Assembly (NCBI GenBank): GCA_004431415.1
Contig: QPMI01000517.1
Span: 124,001-188,000 of the forward strand
Source of the DNA: Cyanophora paradoxa CCMP329
Lineage: Eukaryota > Plantae > Glaucophyta
DNA length: 64,000 nt
Reading direction: 5' to 3'
In this document: one piece after another, positions 52,601-64,000 of the stretch
Numbering within the stretch: the stretch's first letter is position 1
Layout of the letters: each line of letters begins with the position of its first letter
The notes under the pieces: model-generated
What the model saw: only the letters and a program-made list of their open reading frames with translations
Told to the model about the DNA's origin: nothing
Database searches by the model: none
Position numbers and translations under genes: made by a program

Positions 52601-55600
52601 AGTTTATGAATTTCGAGCAGTGGGACGAAATCGCAAAGAAAGCGCGCGCCGTCGAGGAGGAAACAGGCATGCCGATCCCGGACGTCCAAGCGTGTGCGCG
52701 CATGCATATATGCACGCGCTTCTCCGCCCATTTTATCCGACACCGACGCGTTGGCGCAGCGATCGCCGGCGCAATTACCGGTTGCAGATCGCTGGAGAAC
52801 GACATCTACGGTATCGCCGTCGTGCAGCGCATCCTCGAGAAGGTCAACAACGAAATTTGCGAACGCTTGTGCGACATTCGATCCCGCAACGCTCGACCTC
52901 GACAACATGATCGTGCCCGCGCCCTGACATTCCGGCAGCGTGAGACGCATGATGAAAATCCCGCGCCCCGTCGCTGCGCAAATGGCAGAGAATTTCGCCT
53001 CGTCGCTCACGCCGGATCAGCTCGTCGACATGGTCGACAAGTGCCTGCAGGTCATCGACCCAATCATATCCGGAGCCGCACCTGCGAGCTAAACTGCAGC
53101 ACAGACCGCTGGAAAGGTGATAGCGCTCAAAAACGTCTACATCCTCGGGCATACCGTCGGCCTCGAAAATGTCCCGCCCGTCTACGAAGCGGGACCGGGC
53201 ACGCGCATCGCGATCGGCCCGTTCATCAGGACGAGAGAGCGCTCCGAAATCTTGGAGAGGTATCGCCCCGCGACGCGGCGCTGTACTGCATTAAATATTC
53301 GCCGTATGCGTGTCCCCGATTTAATCCGCGTTCAGGTTCAGCCCCGACGCCGCCCCGCAGGTCGGCACGGCAGACGCACCCGGCCGTTAATATGCGCGCC
53401 GGTACGTCGAACAGATTTCCAAGACGTACTTATTGCTTTATAATGCTCTGTATATACGCAGCTTCGTGGTGCTGGGCCCCGTCAATCCGACGATTACGTT
53501 CCCGACGATCTAGATCTCTAACAAGGTCTCGCATGTCTTGCAAATAAATATGTCTACCCTAATCAAATTCGTCTCAAACTCGCATACCATGCAAATAAAT
53601 ATAGCACGAGCCAGCACCGCCGTCCCCGACGTCCGGTAGCATGGCCGCCAAGCTCGCCGGCACCCCGTCGTTGCGCCGCGGCCGGTGTCTGGCATCGCTA
53701 CAATATTCATTTGAGATTTTATGGAAGCCTTTCACAAGCTTCGAAGACGCAAAAGACCACGAGAACCCAGCCGACCGCAAAAATTCGATCCTGCACAGAC
53801 CTGCACGTCATTCCGCGCGCCCTCGCCTCCGCAGCCCCGCACATCGATGCTATATGCATTCGAGATTCTGTTTAAGCGATTCGCAAGCTCTGTGCATGCG
53901 CCTGGCCGCGAGAACCTCGCCCCTCCCGGGCCTCGATCCCTCCCAACAATATTATATAAATAATCTCCTCTCAATCTAGATCTGCTCCACCCTTTAATTG
54001 TTTCCTCAGTACATTAATATTCCTCTAGCCGACCAGCGCTAGCTGGACTGGCCGTCACCCAGCCAGCTTCTAGCCTTCTGTAACAGCCGCGAGGGCGTCC
54101 GCGAGGCTTCGCCGTACTTAGTGCTCCGCAGGAGCACGGATCTTGTCTCAAACCCAAAAACCGCCGACCGAAATTCCTTTTTTAACCTTTTTTTCCACTC
54201 GAGATCCCCCCTGCTAAATAATTTCCGTGGCACACTCCCTCGAGGCAGAATTATTAATTCTGCCTCGACACGGACGCGATTGATGGACATTACAGAGCTG
54301 CCCGAACCGCCACAGACCCCTCTAGATCCATTTTTAGCGTCCTGGCTCCCCTAAGACGACCGCTCGCCCGTGGGCGTCGCGCGACATCGAATTTCCCTCT
54401 GGATCAATTCCGGTACTTAACCTCCGACAAATGCAGTCCGAGTCAGAAGGTGGGACCCGGTCCCGCCCGGTCCCCCGACGAAATCGCGCGAGTCAGAAGG
54501 TGGGACCCGGTCCCGCCCGGTCCCCCGACGAAATCGCGCTAGGGACGCCCCAGAACGATACAGAATGACGGGCGAGGGCGAGCGCATCGCCGCAAGCTCG
54601 ATTTCGGGCGCCCTCGACGCTGCAGTCCGAACAGTACGCCGAAATTTGATCCTCCCGGTTCCGGCCGGTCCCGCGACGCGCGCAATCGATGCGTACTGGC
54701 GCGTATAGACATAGCACGGCCTGCGCACCCCCGAAATCCGCTTTTCGGAGCCGGAACAGCGCAGGAAGGTACCCGACGGCAAAAATTCGATCCCACACGG
54801 GCCCGGACATCTTTCCGCGCGCCCACGCCGCGGCGCACGCGCGGAACGATAGCATAAGCATTTAAGATGTAGAAGAAGACTTCCGCACGGTCTCTAAATG
54901 CACCAGGCCGCGAGGACCCAGCCGACCCCGAAAATTCGATCCTGGACGGACCTGAACATCTTTCCGCGCGCCCTCGCATTCTCGCGCATGCGCATCGCTA
55001 CAATATTCATTTGAGATTTTATCAAAGCCTTCCACAAGCTTCGAAGACGCGAAAGAGCGCGATCGCGAGAACCCAGCGGACGGCAAAAATTCGATCCTGC
55101 ACGGACCCGGACATCTTTCCGCGCGCCCACGCCGCGGCGCATGCGCGGAACAATCGCATATGCATTTGAGATGTAGAAGAAGACTTCCGCACGGTCTCTA
55201 AATGCGCCGGGCCGCGAGGACCCAGCCGACCCCGAAAATTCGATCCTGGACAGATCTGCGCATCTTTCCGCGCGCCCTCGCATCGTCACGCGAGCGCATC
55301 GCTACAATATGCATTCGAGATCGTTTTAAAGCTTTCCGCGAGCTCTGCGGGCGCGACAGCGCACGACAACCCAGCCGACGCAAAAAATTCGATCCTGGCC
55401 ACGCCTGCACATCTTTCCGCGCGCGCTCGCCTCCGCAGCCCCGCACATCGATGCTATATGCATTCGAGATTCTGTTTAAGCGATTCGCAAGCTCTGTGCA
55501 TGCGCCTGGCCGCGAGAACCTCGCCCCTCCCGGGCCTCCTTCCCAACAATATTATAAAAATAAACTCCTCAAAATTCGATCCTGGACGGACCTGCACAGC

Positions 55601-56182
55601 TTTCCGCGCGCCCTCGCATCCTCACACGAGCGCATCGCTACAATATTCAGATGAGATTAAAGCTTTTCGCAAGCTCTGCGGGCGCGACAAGGAACGAGAA
55701 CCCAGCCAACGCAAAAAATCGATCCTGAACGGGCCTGCACAGCTTTCCGCGCGCCCTCGCCTCCGCAGCCCTGCACATTGATACTATATGCATTCGACGT
55801 TCTGTTTAAGCGATTCGCAAGCTCTGCGCATGCGCCTGGCTGCGAGAACCTCGCCCCTCCCGGGCCTCCCCCCCAACAATATATTAATAATACTAAATTA
55901 ATCCGGTTCGACTCCTCCCCTAGCGTTACCGGTTCAACTCCTCCCCTAGTTAATTATATATTCCCTCTCCTCATTACATTGCTCCCTGGCCAGCGAGCTC
56001 TCCATCGAGCTGGCTATAGCGGGCCAGCCCATTGCCGCAGTACCACGGTGCCAAGCCGGCGAAACCCGGCCATGCAGCTGGGCGCGCGCCGGCGGGGCTG
56101 CACCTGGCCGCCTACTGTGACAGCCGCGCGGGCGTCCGCGAGGCTTCGCCGTACTTAGTGCTCCGCAGGAGCACGGATCTTG
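49700..56182 (+). mobile_element. Head-to-tail array (3 units) of a non-autonomous element with internal subrepeats; rolling-circle-like termini
   Basis: Units start TCTCAAACCCAAAAACCGCCGA (49700, 54146; 5'-truncated at ~50798). Units end gtgctcc-gca-ggagcac-GGATCTTG (54145, 56182). Repeated aaaattcgatcctg..catctttccgcgcgcc blocks. Confidence 0.7.
52531..53480 (+). pseudogene. Decayed gene of unknown function inside unit 2 of the array
   Basis: TATA-like cctataaa at 52381 and ATG at 52531. Protein-like segments (MNFEQWDEIAKKARAVEEETG; ENDIYGIAVVQRILEKV; KVIALKNVYILGHTVG) are broken by stops and frame changes. Confidence 0.5.
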
Positions 56183-57199
56183 TTTGACGCTCGAAAGTCG
56201 AGGGCTGACCGGTTCACCGAGCCAATCAGAACGCGAATAACCATCATTTTTGTTGCATACTGGACCTCGCAAACGGCCTCATAGAAAAATTTTGGCTGAA
56301 GCGAGGGAACGGGAAGCAAGCTGGGAGAAGCCCTTCGGTCTTCGTCCCCCCTTGCAACTTCCGCTTCTTGATCACGTGCACCTTATAACACTTCCGCTTC
56401 TTTATTCATAATTAGTCGCATAATTATATAAGTGGGGGGTTGCGGTGGAGGGAGGGGGGGGGGGGGGGGGGGCTTGCCCCCCTGCTTGTACCCCTGCTGC
56501 TTGCGTGGTCGATCGTCCGACGGTCGGGCGGGGCCGATCGCGCCTGCAGCCTGTGCAGGTACCGCCAGGTCGATCTGCGCCGCGGGCACGTACTCGAGAT
56601 CTAGCCTAGTAGAGGGGCGGGAGAGGGTCCAGCCCCAGGGCCCGCGGCCGGGCTCGGTCGCGGCCCGGCGGGGACCCGATCGCGACTCCAAATCGAGTAA
56701 AGGCTGCAGCTGATCGCGAGTGCAGGGAGCGCATGGCCAGGGGCTGATCGCTGAGCTCGAGGCTAATTATAGAATGTCCATGTGCGCAGAGTGCGAGGTG
56801 ACGCCCTCGGAAGATCTGGCGCATATGCATGGTGTATCGGTGTCGGGCTACGGTCAATTGCAAGCTCCCCTCAAGGGGGGGAGGAGGGGGAAATTAAAGG
56901 AGGGGGGGAAGAGGAGGGGGGGCGGGGCTGGGGCTGGACTTCGACCAGCCGGCCTATTTATAGGGCGCTACGACACCGCACCGCAAGCTTTAAGGTGACG
57001 CCCTAAAGCTAGCCTCGGAACATTTAGATCTGACGCGTGGTGTTATTTTAAATTACAGCGCATGAAGATACAGTCCCCTGCAGCTACGGCCAAGGCCGCC
57101 TCAGAAGATCGAGGCCTCCTCCAGCGATTCTTCAACGAGGTTCTATTATTCGTCTAACAGATCCTCTCAGAGTCTTGTTCTTCTATTAGATTCTACGTT

Positions 57200-60100
57200 C
57201 GGGGCGGCCCTATAGATCTAAAAGATTGAGGCCTCCTCGAGGGGCTTGGGGGGCGCCGCCGGCGCCGGCGCCGCCGCCTCGCCCTTGGGCTTCTTCGCGG
57301 CGGGGCCGGCCTCCTCCGCCCCGGGACCCGCCCCAGCGCCCTTGCCCTTGCCCTTGCCTGCGCACCGCGCGCGCCCAGTCAGAGTCAGAGGAGGCGAGGC
57401 CGACAGACAGCAGCTGCCCCCGGATTATTATTATTAGAGCAACGGAATATAAAAGACGGCCCCGAAGCCGCCTCAAACTATGAACTTAAAAGACGGCCCG
57501 GGAGCCGCCTCCGCGACGAAGCGCCAAACGGGCGGGAGTCTTTCGGACCTTTGCCCTTGCCCTTGGCCGACGAGGAGGAAGAGGAGACCATGGACGCGAG
57601 GGTGGCCTGCGAGGCGGACGGAGGGATACCGGATTCAAATTCGAAGGGCGAGGCCGGGAGGGGGACCCCCGTCCTAATTCGATTTCCTTCCCTTGGATTC
57701 CCTTCATAAGAGCCAAGCATCATATCGATACCGTTATATTTCAGGCGCGGGGCGCGGGCCTCCTATCCGTAGACTCCGGCTTTTTAGATTCCGAGGCCCT
57801 GGGGGCGGGCCGGGGCGCGGGGCGCGGGCACCTGGACGGCGACGGGCCCGCCGGCCGCCCGCTGCTCCAGCGTCCGCACCTTCGCCACGTACGCCTGCGC
57901 CCCGGCGAGTGAGAGGGGGCGGAGGACCTCAGAAGGGAGGGGGGGGAGGAGGGGGGGGGGGGGGCGGCTCGGTGCAGCTGAAGCCGCGCTCGAAGCTGCC
58001 GGAGCAACGTGGGGGCGAGGGGGCGGGCGGCTTGAGTAGAGTGAGATTGAAGCTCCTATGAAAAGCGCGGGGGACCGGGCCGGCTCGAGCTTGCGCTCGA
58101 GGCCGCCAAAGGTTTTAAGCTCTTATTTATTATTGCTAAAAGTAAAGATTCCAAAGCTTAGAGCTCTTACTGGATGTTGAAGTGCAGGTTTCAAAGCTTT
58201 GATGTTTTTATGAAAGCTTAAAGAAAAGATTCCAGAGCTTCAGTTCTTATTAAAGCTCGCCTTGATGTCGAGCTTGCGCTCGAGGCCGCCGGCGTTCATG
58301 TAGCGGATGAGGCCGAAGACGGGGCGCTCGGGGCCCCACGGCCGGTCGTGCTTGCCTGCGGCGGCGGCCGGGCCCGGTCCGTCAGCCGAGCAAGCCTCAT
58401 AAAGCCTCAGGGAGAAGAAGGGAGCCTCTACCCCCCCTCCTCCCCCCCCCTCGCCCCCCGCCCCTCGCACCGAAGACCCAGGCGACGCCGGTGAAGGAGT
58501 TGGGGCCCCGCCCGTCCAGCTCGTACCTGCCCCGCGCCGCCAGCGTGAGGGGGGTAGAGGGGGGAGGGGGGGTAGAGAAGGGGGGTCTTAACATTCTATC
58601 AGATTCTATCTGATCTATTAGCTCCTTCTATCAGATTCTATCATTCTTCTCCTATTGCGCGCACTTGTTGTTGAGGTATAGGGCGGTCTCGAAGGCCTCC
58701 TTCGGGTCCCGCGTCCACTCCAGGATCTTCTTGCCCCAGTACATCCTGGGGGGGGGGGGGGGGGGGGGGGGAAGCGTCAGAGGGGGAGACGAAGAGCCAG
58801 GAAGAAGGCGGGGGGGGTGGGGGGGATAGAGATAGGCGGGCCCTCTAGATCTTGATCTAGATCCTCTAGAATCTAGGCAGCGGCCCGCGCTCACCGCATG
58901 TAGTTGTGCATCTTTCCGGTGATGACCATCTCCTTCTGCGAGGCGTTCCCGAGGTCAGCCGGGCAGAGGTCAAGGCGGCAGAGGTCGAGGCGAGTAGGGT
59001 CCAGCCCAGCCCACGGCCAGCATGGACCTGGGAGGCCCGGGGGCCTATCCCCGCCTAGCCCAGGCCCGGCCTAGATGGAGGGACGGCTTCCAAATCCGAC
59101 CTGGGAGCGCGGACCTTCAAGGGGCCTTATTAAAAGCCCTGGCACATACATAATGCTTCGCTTCGTTTAGTTCATTTTAGTTTTTGGATACTCGCGAGGC
59201 ACTGGAGACTTAGTTCCCCTCCACGTCTGCCGGGCGCCTACTGGAACGCCTCCCAGGTCAGGAGCGCGGACCTGGGAGGCATTCCAGTAGGCGCCCGGCA
59301 TAGGGACCCAGGGCCCAGCATATCCCTGCCCGACCCAGCCCGGCCCATCCTATCCTTGGCGTGGCCGGCGCGGACCTGGGAGGCGTTCCAGTAGGGGTCG
59401 GCCGTCCGCCCCGCCTCCAGGTCCCCCCGGCTGTACACCTTCTCCCGGTGGTCCTGCGGGGCGCGATCGGCATCCGACCGGCTAAGCTTGATATCTAGGT
59501 GCCTTCCCTCCATCTATATCTCAGCGGAGGGAGCTGGGGGTGAGCCCGGGTGCCCGGCGGGAGCTGGGGGTGAGCCCAGGCTCTCGGGCGCGATCTCAGG
59601 CCTAGGTGGGCCGATAACCGACCGGCTAAGCTTGATATCTAGGTGCCGTCCCTCCATCTAGACCGACTAAGGCTATCCTAGCCTTGAGCTTGGCTTTGGC
59701 CGCGCGGCGACGCACGGGCTTGTGCTTCTCGAGGCTCTTGCGGGCCCAGTCGGGGAGGCCCTCGTACTTGTCGTAGCGGTCGTTGTACTGGCAGAAGTTC
59801 ATGCTCAGCTCCCGCCGCACCTGCGGGGCGACGTCGGCGTCGGGGCGGGGAAGGGGATGGTGGCGGGGTGGGGGTGGGGAGGGGGGGGAGGAGGGGAGGT
59901 GGGGGGGGGGGTGGGGGGTGGGGGCTTGTACTAGAGGGGGCTGGTACTAGAGCGGGGGAGCTGTGTTAGATGTTAGGGAGCGCTAGCTATAGCGGCCGGA
60001 CCGGCCCAGAGGCCGGGCCCAGGGCCGGAAGGGGGGCCTGGCCCCGGCCCGGAGGGGGAGAGGAGGAGGGGAAGGAAAGGGTGGGAGGGGGTGGGGTGGG

Positions 60101-63100
60101 CCCGGAGGGCGGCCGGCTAGGGGGCTAGGGGGCGGCCCGGGCGGGGCACATGGCCGGGCGGGGGGGGATACGGGTCCGCTCGGTCGGGAGGGTGAGGGGG
60201 GGGGGATGGAGGGAGGGGTACGGGCGCACGACGAGCTCCTCGATGTAGGACTTCTTGGCCTCGGCGTTCGTCGCCCGGCGGGAGACCTCCAGCGCGATCC
60301 GCAGCGGCGAGATCTGTACCCCCCCGGCGGCGGTTAGCTCGGCTCGAGGCGAGGAGAGACGAGGAGGGCAGTTAGCTGGGCGCGTCTACACAGGAAAGCG
60401 GCTAGCTCGCATCCCCGCCTCCCCCCTTGCTCCCCGGCCCGCCCCCGCCCCCGCCTAGATAGCAAGGCGGCTAGCTCGCTGGCTGGACGTCGCCCCCGCC
60501 CCCGCCCCGGAACGCTCCGGGTTCGACCCCGGCCGAAGGCGGACCTGCCCAAAGTGAAGGTAGGGCGACATGTGCGATACGTAGTCCTCGCTGCGCGCGG
60601 AGGAATGAGAAGAAGCGCGCAGCTTGCTTATAAGATCCATATATATGAGATCCTTAGATGATTCCTTAGAAGGAAGAAGAAGAAGAGGAGGAGGAGGAGG
60701 CGGCGGCGCGCGCCAGCCAAGCGAGGAAGCGAGCGAGCTCGTTTAATACAAGGGAGAGCAAACTCAGATCGAGCGGGATCGATCGCACCTCGGCTCGTTG
60801 CGCTTGTCGGCGTAGTGTCGCAGCTTCCGCTCGATGAACTCCTGGGGGGGAGAAGTCAGCGGGGCGAAACTATAAGGATCTTATATAGATCTTATAAGGA
60901 TCTTATAAGGATCTCCTAAGGGCGGCCGCTGGGCCTTTGTACGATAAGGATCTTACAATCTTTGCATGATAAGGATTTTATAAGGATCTTATAAAAATCT
61001 TCTAAGGATCTTTTAAGCTGGGGACTCAGCGGGGGCATAGCTGGCCCTGGGCGGGGGGGGCCGCCCGGGGCGGGCGGGGCGGGCGGGAAGGCGGGGGGCA
61101 AGCCTCGAGGTGGCGGCTCAATAAATCACATGTACAGGACCTTCTTTGAAACCCTCGAAAGTACAAGGTACTATAAGGATCTCATAAGATTCTTAAATGA
61201 AAGGCTATATTTCGGGCTATAGCGAACTCGCCTCGAGGTGGCGGTTGGCCTCCGACTCGCCCCCGATGTACGTCGCCACGCGCGGCACCGCCCGGTCGAT
61301 CTGCGCGGCGCCGGCGTGAGCGGCGGGAGGGCGGCCGGGGCGGGGGCGGGCCGGTGCGGAGGTAAGCGGGGCGGGGGCGAGCAAAGGGAGGGGCGGGGAC
61401 GCGGGGACGAGCGAAGGGCGGGGGCGAGAGGCGACCGGAACGGGGCGGGCGGGGAAGGGGGGGGGGGGGAGGGAGGCTTGGGGGGACGGTAGTGGGGTTA
61501 GGGACGGCGGGGCCGGGGGCGGGCAGGCGGGCGGAAGCTTCGGGGCGGGCGGGCGGGCCTGGAGGGAGGCGGGCGAAGGGCGGGGCGAGGGCGAGCGAAG
61601 GGCGGGGGCGGGGAACGACCGGAACGGGTCGGGGGAGGGGAGGGGAGGGGGGGTAAGGGGGGGGGGGAGGGGAGGGGGCGGGGAGTGGGGGGAGGGGCGG
61701 CGGGGAAGGGGGCGGCAGCCCGAGCGCCCCAAGCTCCCCTAAAGCGAGGCGAGGCGAGGCGAGGCGAGGCAGGGCGGGCGGGCGGGCGGGCGGGCGGGGG
61801 CGAGCGACCGAATGGGGCGGGCGGGCGGGCGGGCCGGTGCGGGAGCTAAGCGGGGCGGGGCGGGCGAGAAGGCGGGCGGGCCTGGAGGGAGGCAAGGGCG
61901 GCGGAGACGTCGGAGAGGTCGAGGGCGCGCCCGCCGTCCGGCACGCTGAGATCCGTCGAGCGGTGCTTCACCGCCACCTCCGCCACCGGCACCTGCGCCA
62001 AGAAGCTTAGGAAGAGAGGCTAAACTTGGAGAGAGGGAGAGAAAGGATGCGCCGGCGCCGCGCTAAAGCTTAGGCTAAAGCTTAGGAAGAGGCAGCGCAG
62101 CTTAGAGAGCTAAGGCTCTTCCTAAGCTCTTAGCTATAGCGGACCGAGCTGCGCAGCTTCGGGCTAAGCTTCGGGGAGAAAGCTGCGCAGCCCGAAGCTT
62201 AGGGAGAGAGGCTAAACTTGGCCGGGCTCGGCAGAAGCTTTGGGAGAGAGACGAGGCGCCGGCGCCGGCGCCGCGCAGCACCCAGAACTTGGCCCCCTAG
62301 CTAGGCCTTGGGTCTTCGCGGTGAGGCTGCTAGGCGGTCAACGGCCTAAGCCTAGACGGCCTAGGCTTAGGCCGCTGGCCGCGCAGAGAGAAATAGAGCA
62401 GCGCAGCCCGCGGGACTGGGCCCACGTCTGGCATGGCCCGAAGAGCTCGGCTGCTGGCGCCCGCCGGAGAGGGAGAGGCTTCGGCTTAGACCGAGGCTTG
62501 GGGAGAGGCTTAGCAGGGGGGCGCCGGACCTGCGCAGCCCCTAGGACTTGGCCCCCTAGCTAGGCCTTGGACCCTCTAAAAAAAATGGACTTCAGCCCAT
62601 AAAGCTGGGCCTAGGACGAGGCTAGGAGATGGGGGGCGCCAGCCCCGACGCCGCGCAGGCCCGCCGCCTATGCACCGTCTAGGCCCCAGCCCCCAAGGCT
62701 AGGCCGCCAGAGCCGCGCACCAGGTACTGCCGCAGCTTGTTCATGATCTTCGGCCGGATCGTCCGCGCCGCGTACTCCTCCTGGGGGGGAGGAGAGGGGG
62801 GTAAGACAGGGGAGGCGGGGGGGGGAACAGCAGCAGCGGCGGCGGGCCCGCCTTCTCGCTCGCGATCTCGACGGGTACGACGACGTTGTCCTCGATCTGC
62901 GCGGGCGCGTCGGGCGCGTCGGGCGCGTCCCGAGGAAGGAAAGGGCTCCGAGAGAAAAAAAGGGGGGGGGGAAGGATGGGGGGGAGGAACCTGTACGACC
63001 TGGCACGGGACCGCGCCGGCGACCTTCTCCCGCCACAGCCGCTGTATCCTGAGGTACCTGTATACGGGCGAAACGAAGCGCGCGGCGTGAGCGGAAGGCA

Positions 63101-63741
63101 GCGGAGGCGGGGGCGTGATTGGAAAGAAGGGAAGGGACGCGCCCGCGGTCGACGACGAGGAGGCAGGCGCGCTTGGCGAGCTCGACGGCGGCCAGCTCCG
63201 GGCTCAGCTTCCACACGACGAGCTTCACGCCGCGCTCCGCGAACCGCCGCTGCGCCTCCGCCACGCCCTCGAGCATGAACGCGTAGTGCCGCTCGCTGGC
63301 TTCGGGGTAGCTACGGGCGCGTGCGCGCGCGCGGTGAGATGGCGGCCCCGCGCGGACGGGGCCGCGCCCCGCTTTGCGCACTTGTCCGTCACCCCGAAGA
63401 AGGCCAGGACGGGCTTGCCGAGCTCGTTCGCGCGCCGGATCGCGTGCTGCGTCGAAGCGGGTCAACGGCCGGCGCGCGGCGGCGGCGCGCGCGCGAGTTC
63501 GAACCTCCAGCGCGAAGTTCAACTGCACGCGCACGCTCCCCTGTACCCAGAGAAGCACGTAGTCGCCGCCGTCCACCACCTTCTTGCTGTTCAGCAGCTG
63601 GATCCGGTCCTTGGGAACCTCGGCGAGCGCCTCGCCCGTCCCGACGTCCGCGGCGGAGTCGCTGGCCTCGGACTCGTCCCCGCTGCTCTCATCCTTGACC
63701 TTCTTCTTCGACGCTGCGGCACGCTTCTTCTCTCCCGCCAT
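57200..63741 (-). CDS. PHR: Class II CPD (deoxyribodipyrimidine) photolyase, many exons
   Basis: ATG 63741. Exons in order: [132 protein letters not shown]. Lys/Gly-rich tail; stop position approximate. Confidence 0.93.
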
Positions 63742-64000
63742 AGCTGCTGCTGGTCCCACTGGTGCCGTGCACGTGCTGTAGAAGACGCGCGCGCAACTGA
63801 ACGCGCGGCGATCAGCCAGAGTCAACGGCGTGCGATAGCAGCGCTAGAAATGTAGCAATCGAGAGCGCACCTGGGCCTGGGCTCGAATTCGAATGCGCGT
63901 TCGAGGCCTCGGCACGCGCCCCTGAAGAACGGCCGCGCGGACCAGCTGGGACGCTGGAGGCAGACGCGCTGGATGCCCTGTAGGCTGCGGGCTGGATGTG

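Noticed and set aside
49896-55781. Short ORFs in the tandem element array
   Set aside because: Frames are not preserved between units, so they are treated as non-coding repeat.

Overview
GC-rich eukaryotic DNA with short (about 50-60 nt) GT-AG introns; the style suggests a unicellular alga or protist, but the species cannot be fixed from sequence alone. Positions 1-41444 are a nest of mobile elements. Element A is a giant (at least 31 kb) non-LTR retrotransposon with APE, RT, RNase H and a CCHC finger, ending in a hairpin plus A12 at 31031. It appears to be inserted into the ORF1 tail of a related LINE (element B). Element B carries a CACTA derivative (37278-39875, GAG target duplication) and abuts a truncated copy of a class II photolyase gene. 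The rest of the window holds a cell-surface Cys/Ser-Pro protein gene, a head-to-tail array of a non-autonomous rolling-circle-like element with a decayed gene inside, and an apparently complete class II CPD photolyase gene. The main discovery is in element A. One reading frame is stop-free from 1601 to 22717, and probably runs about 28-30 kb if a few homopolymer indels are errors. Inside it lie four intron-containing sense genes that reach a stop codon only when spliced; three share a CxxC..WxHxxxxC knuckle with an intron at the same position. The frame also contains an intron-containing antisense gene read codon-in-register and 126-bp repeat spacers. Further downstream, the RNase H is split by a ~1200-aa insert with two Ulp1/SENP-type protease domains. 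All splice models are hand predictions and need RNA-seq.
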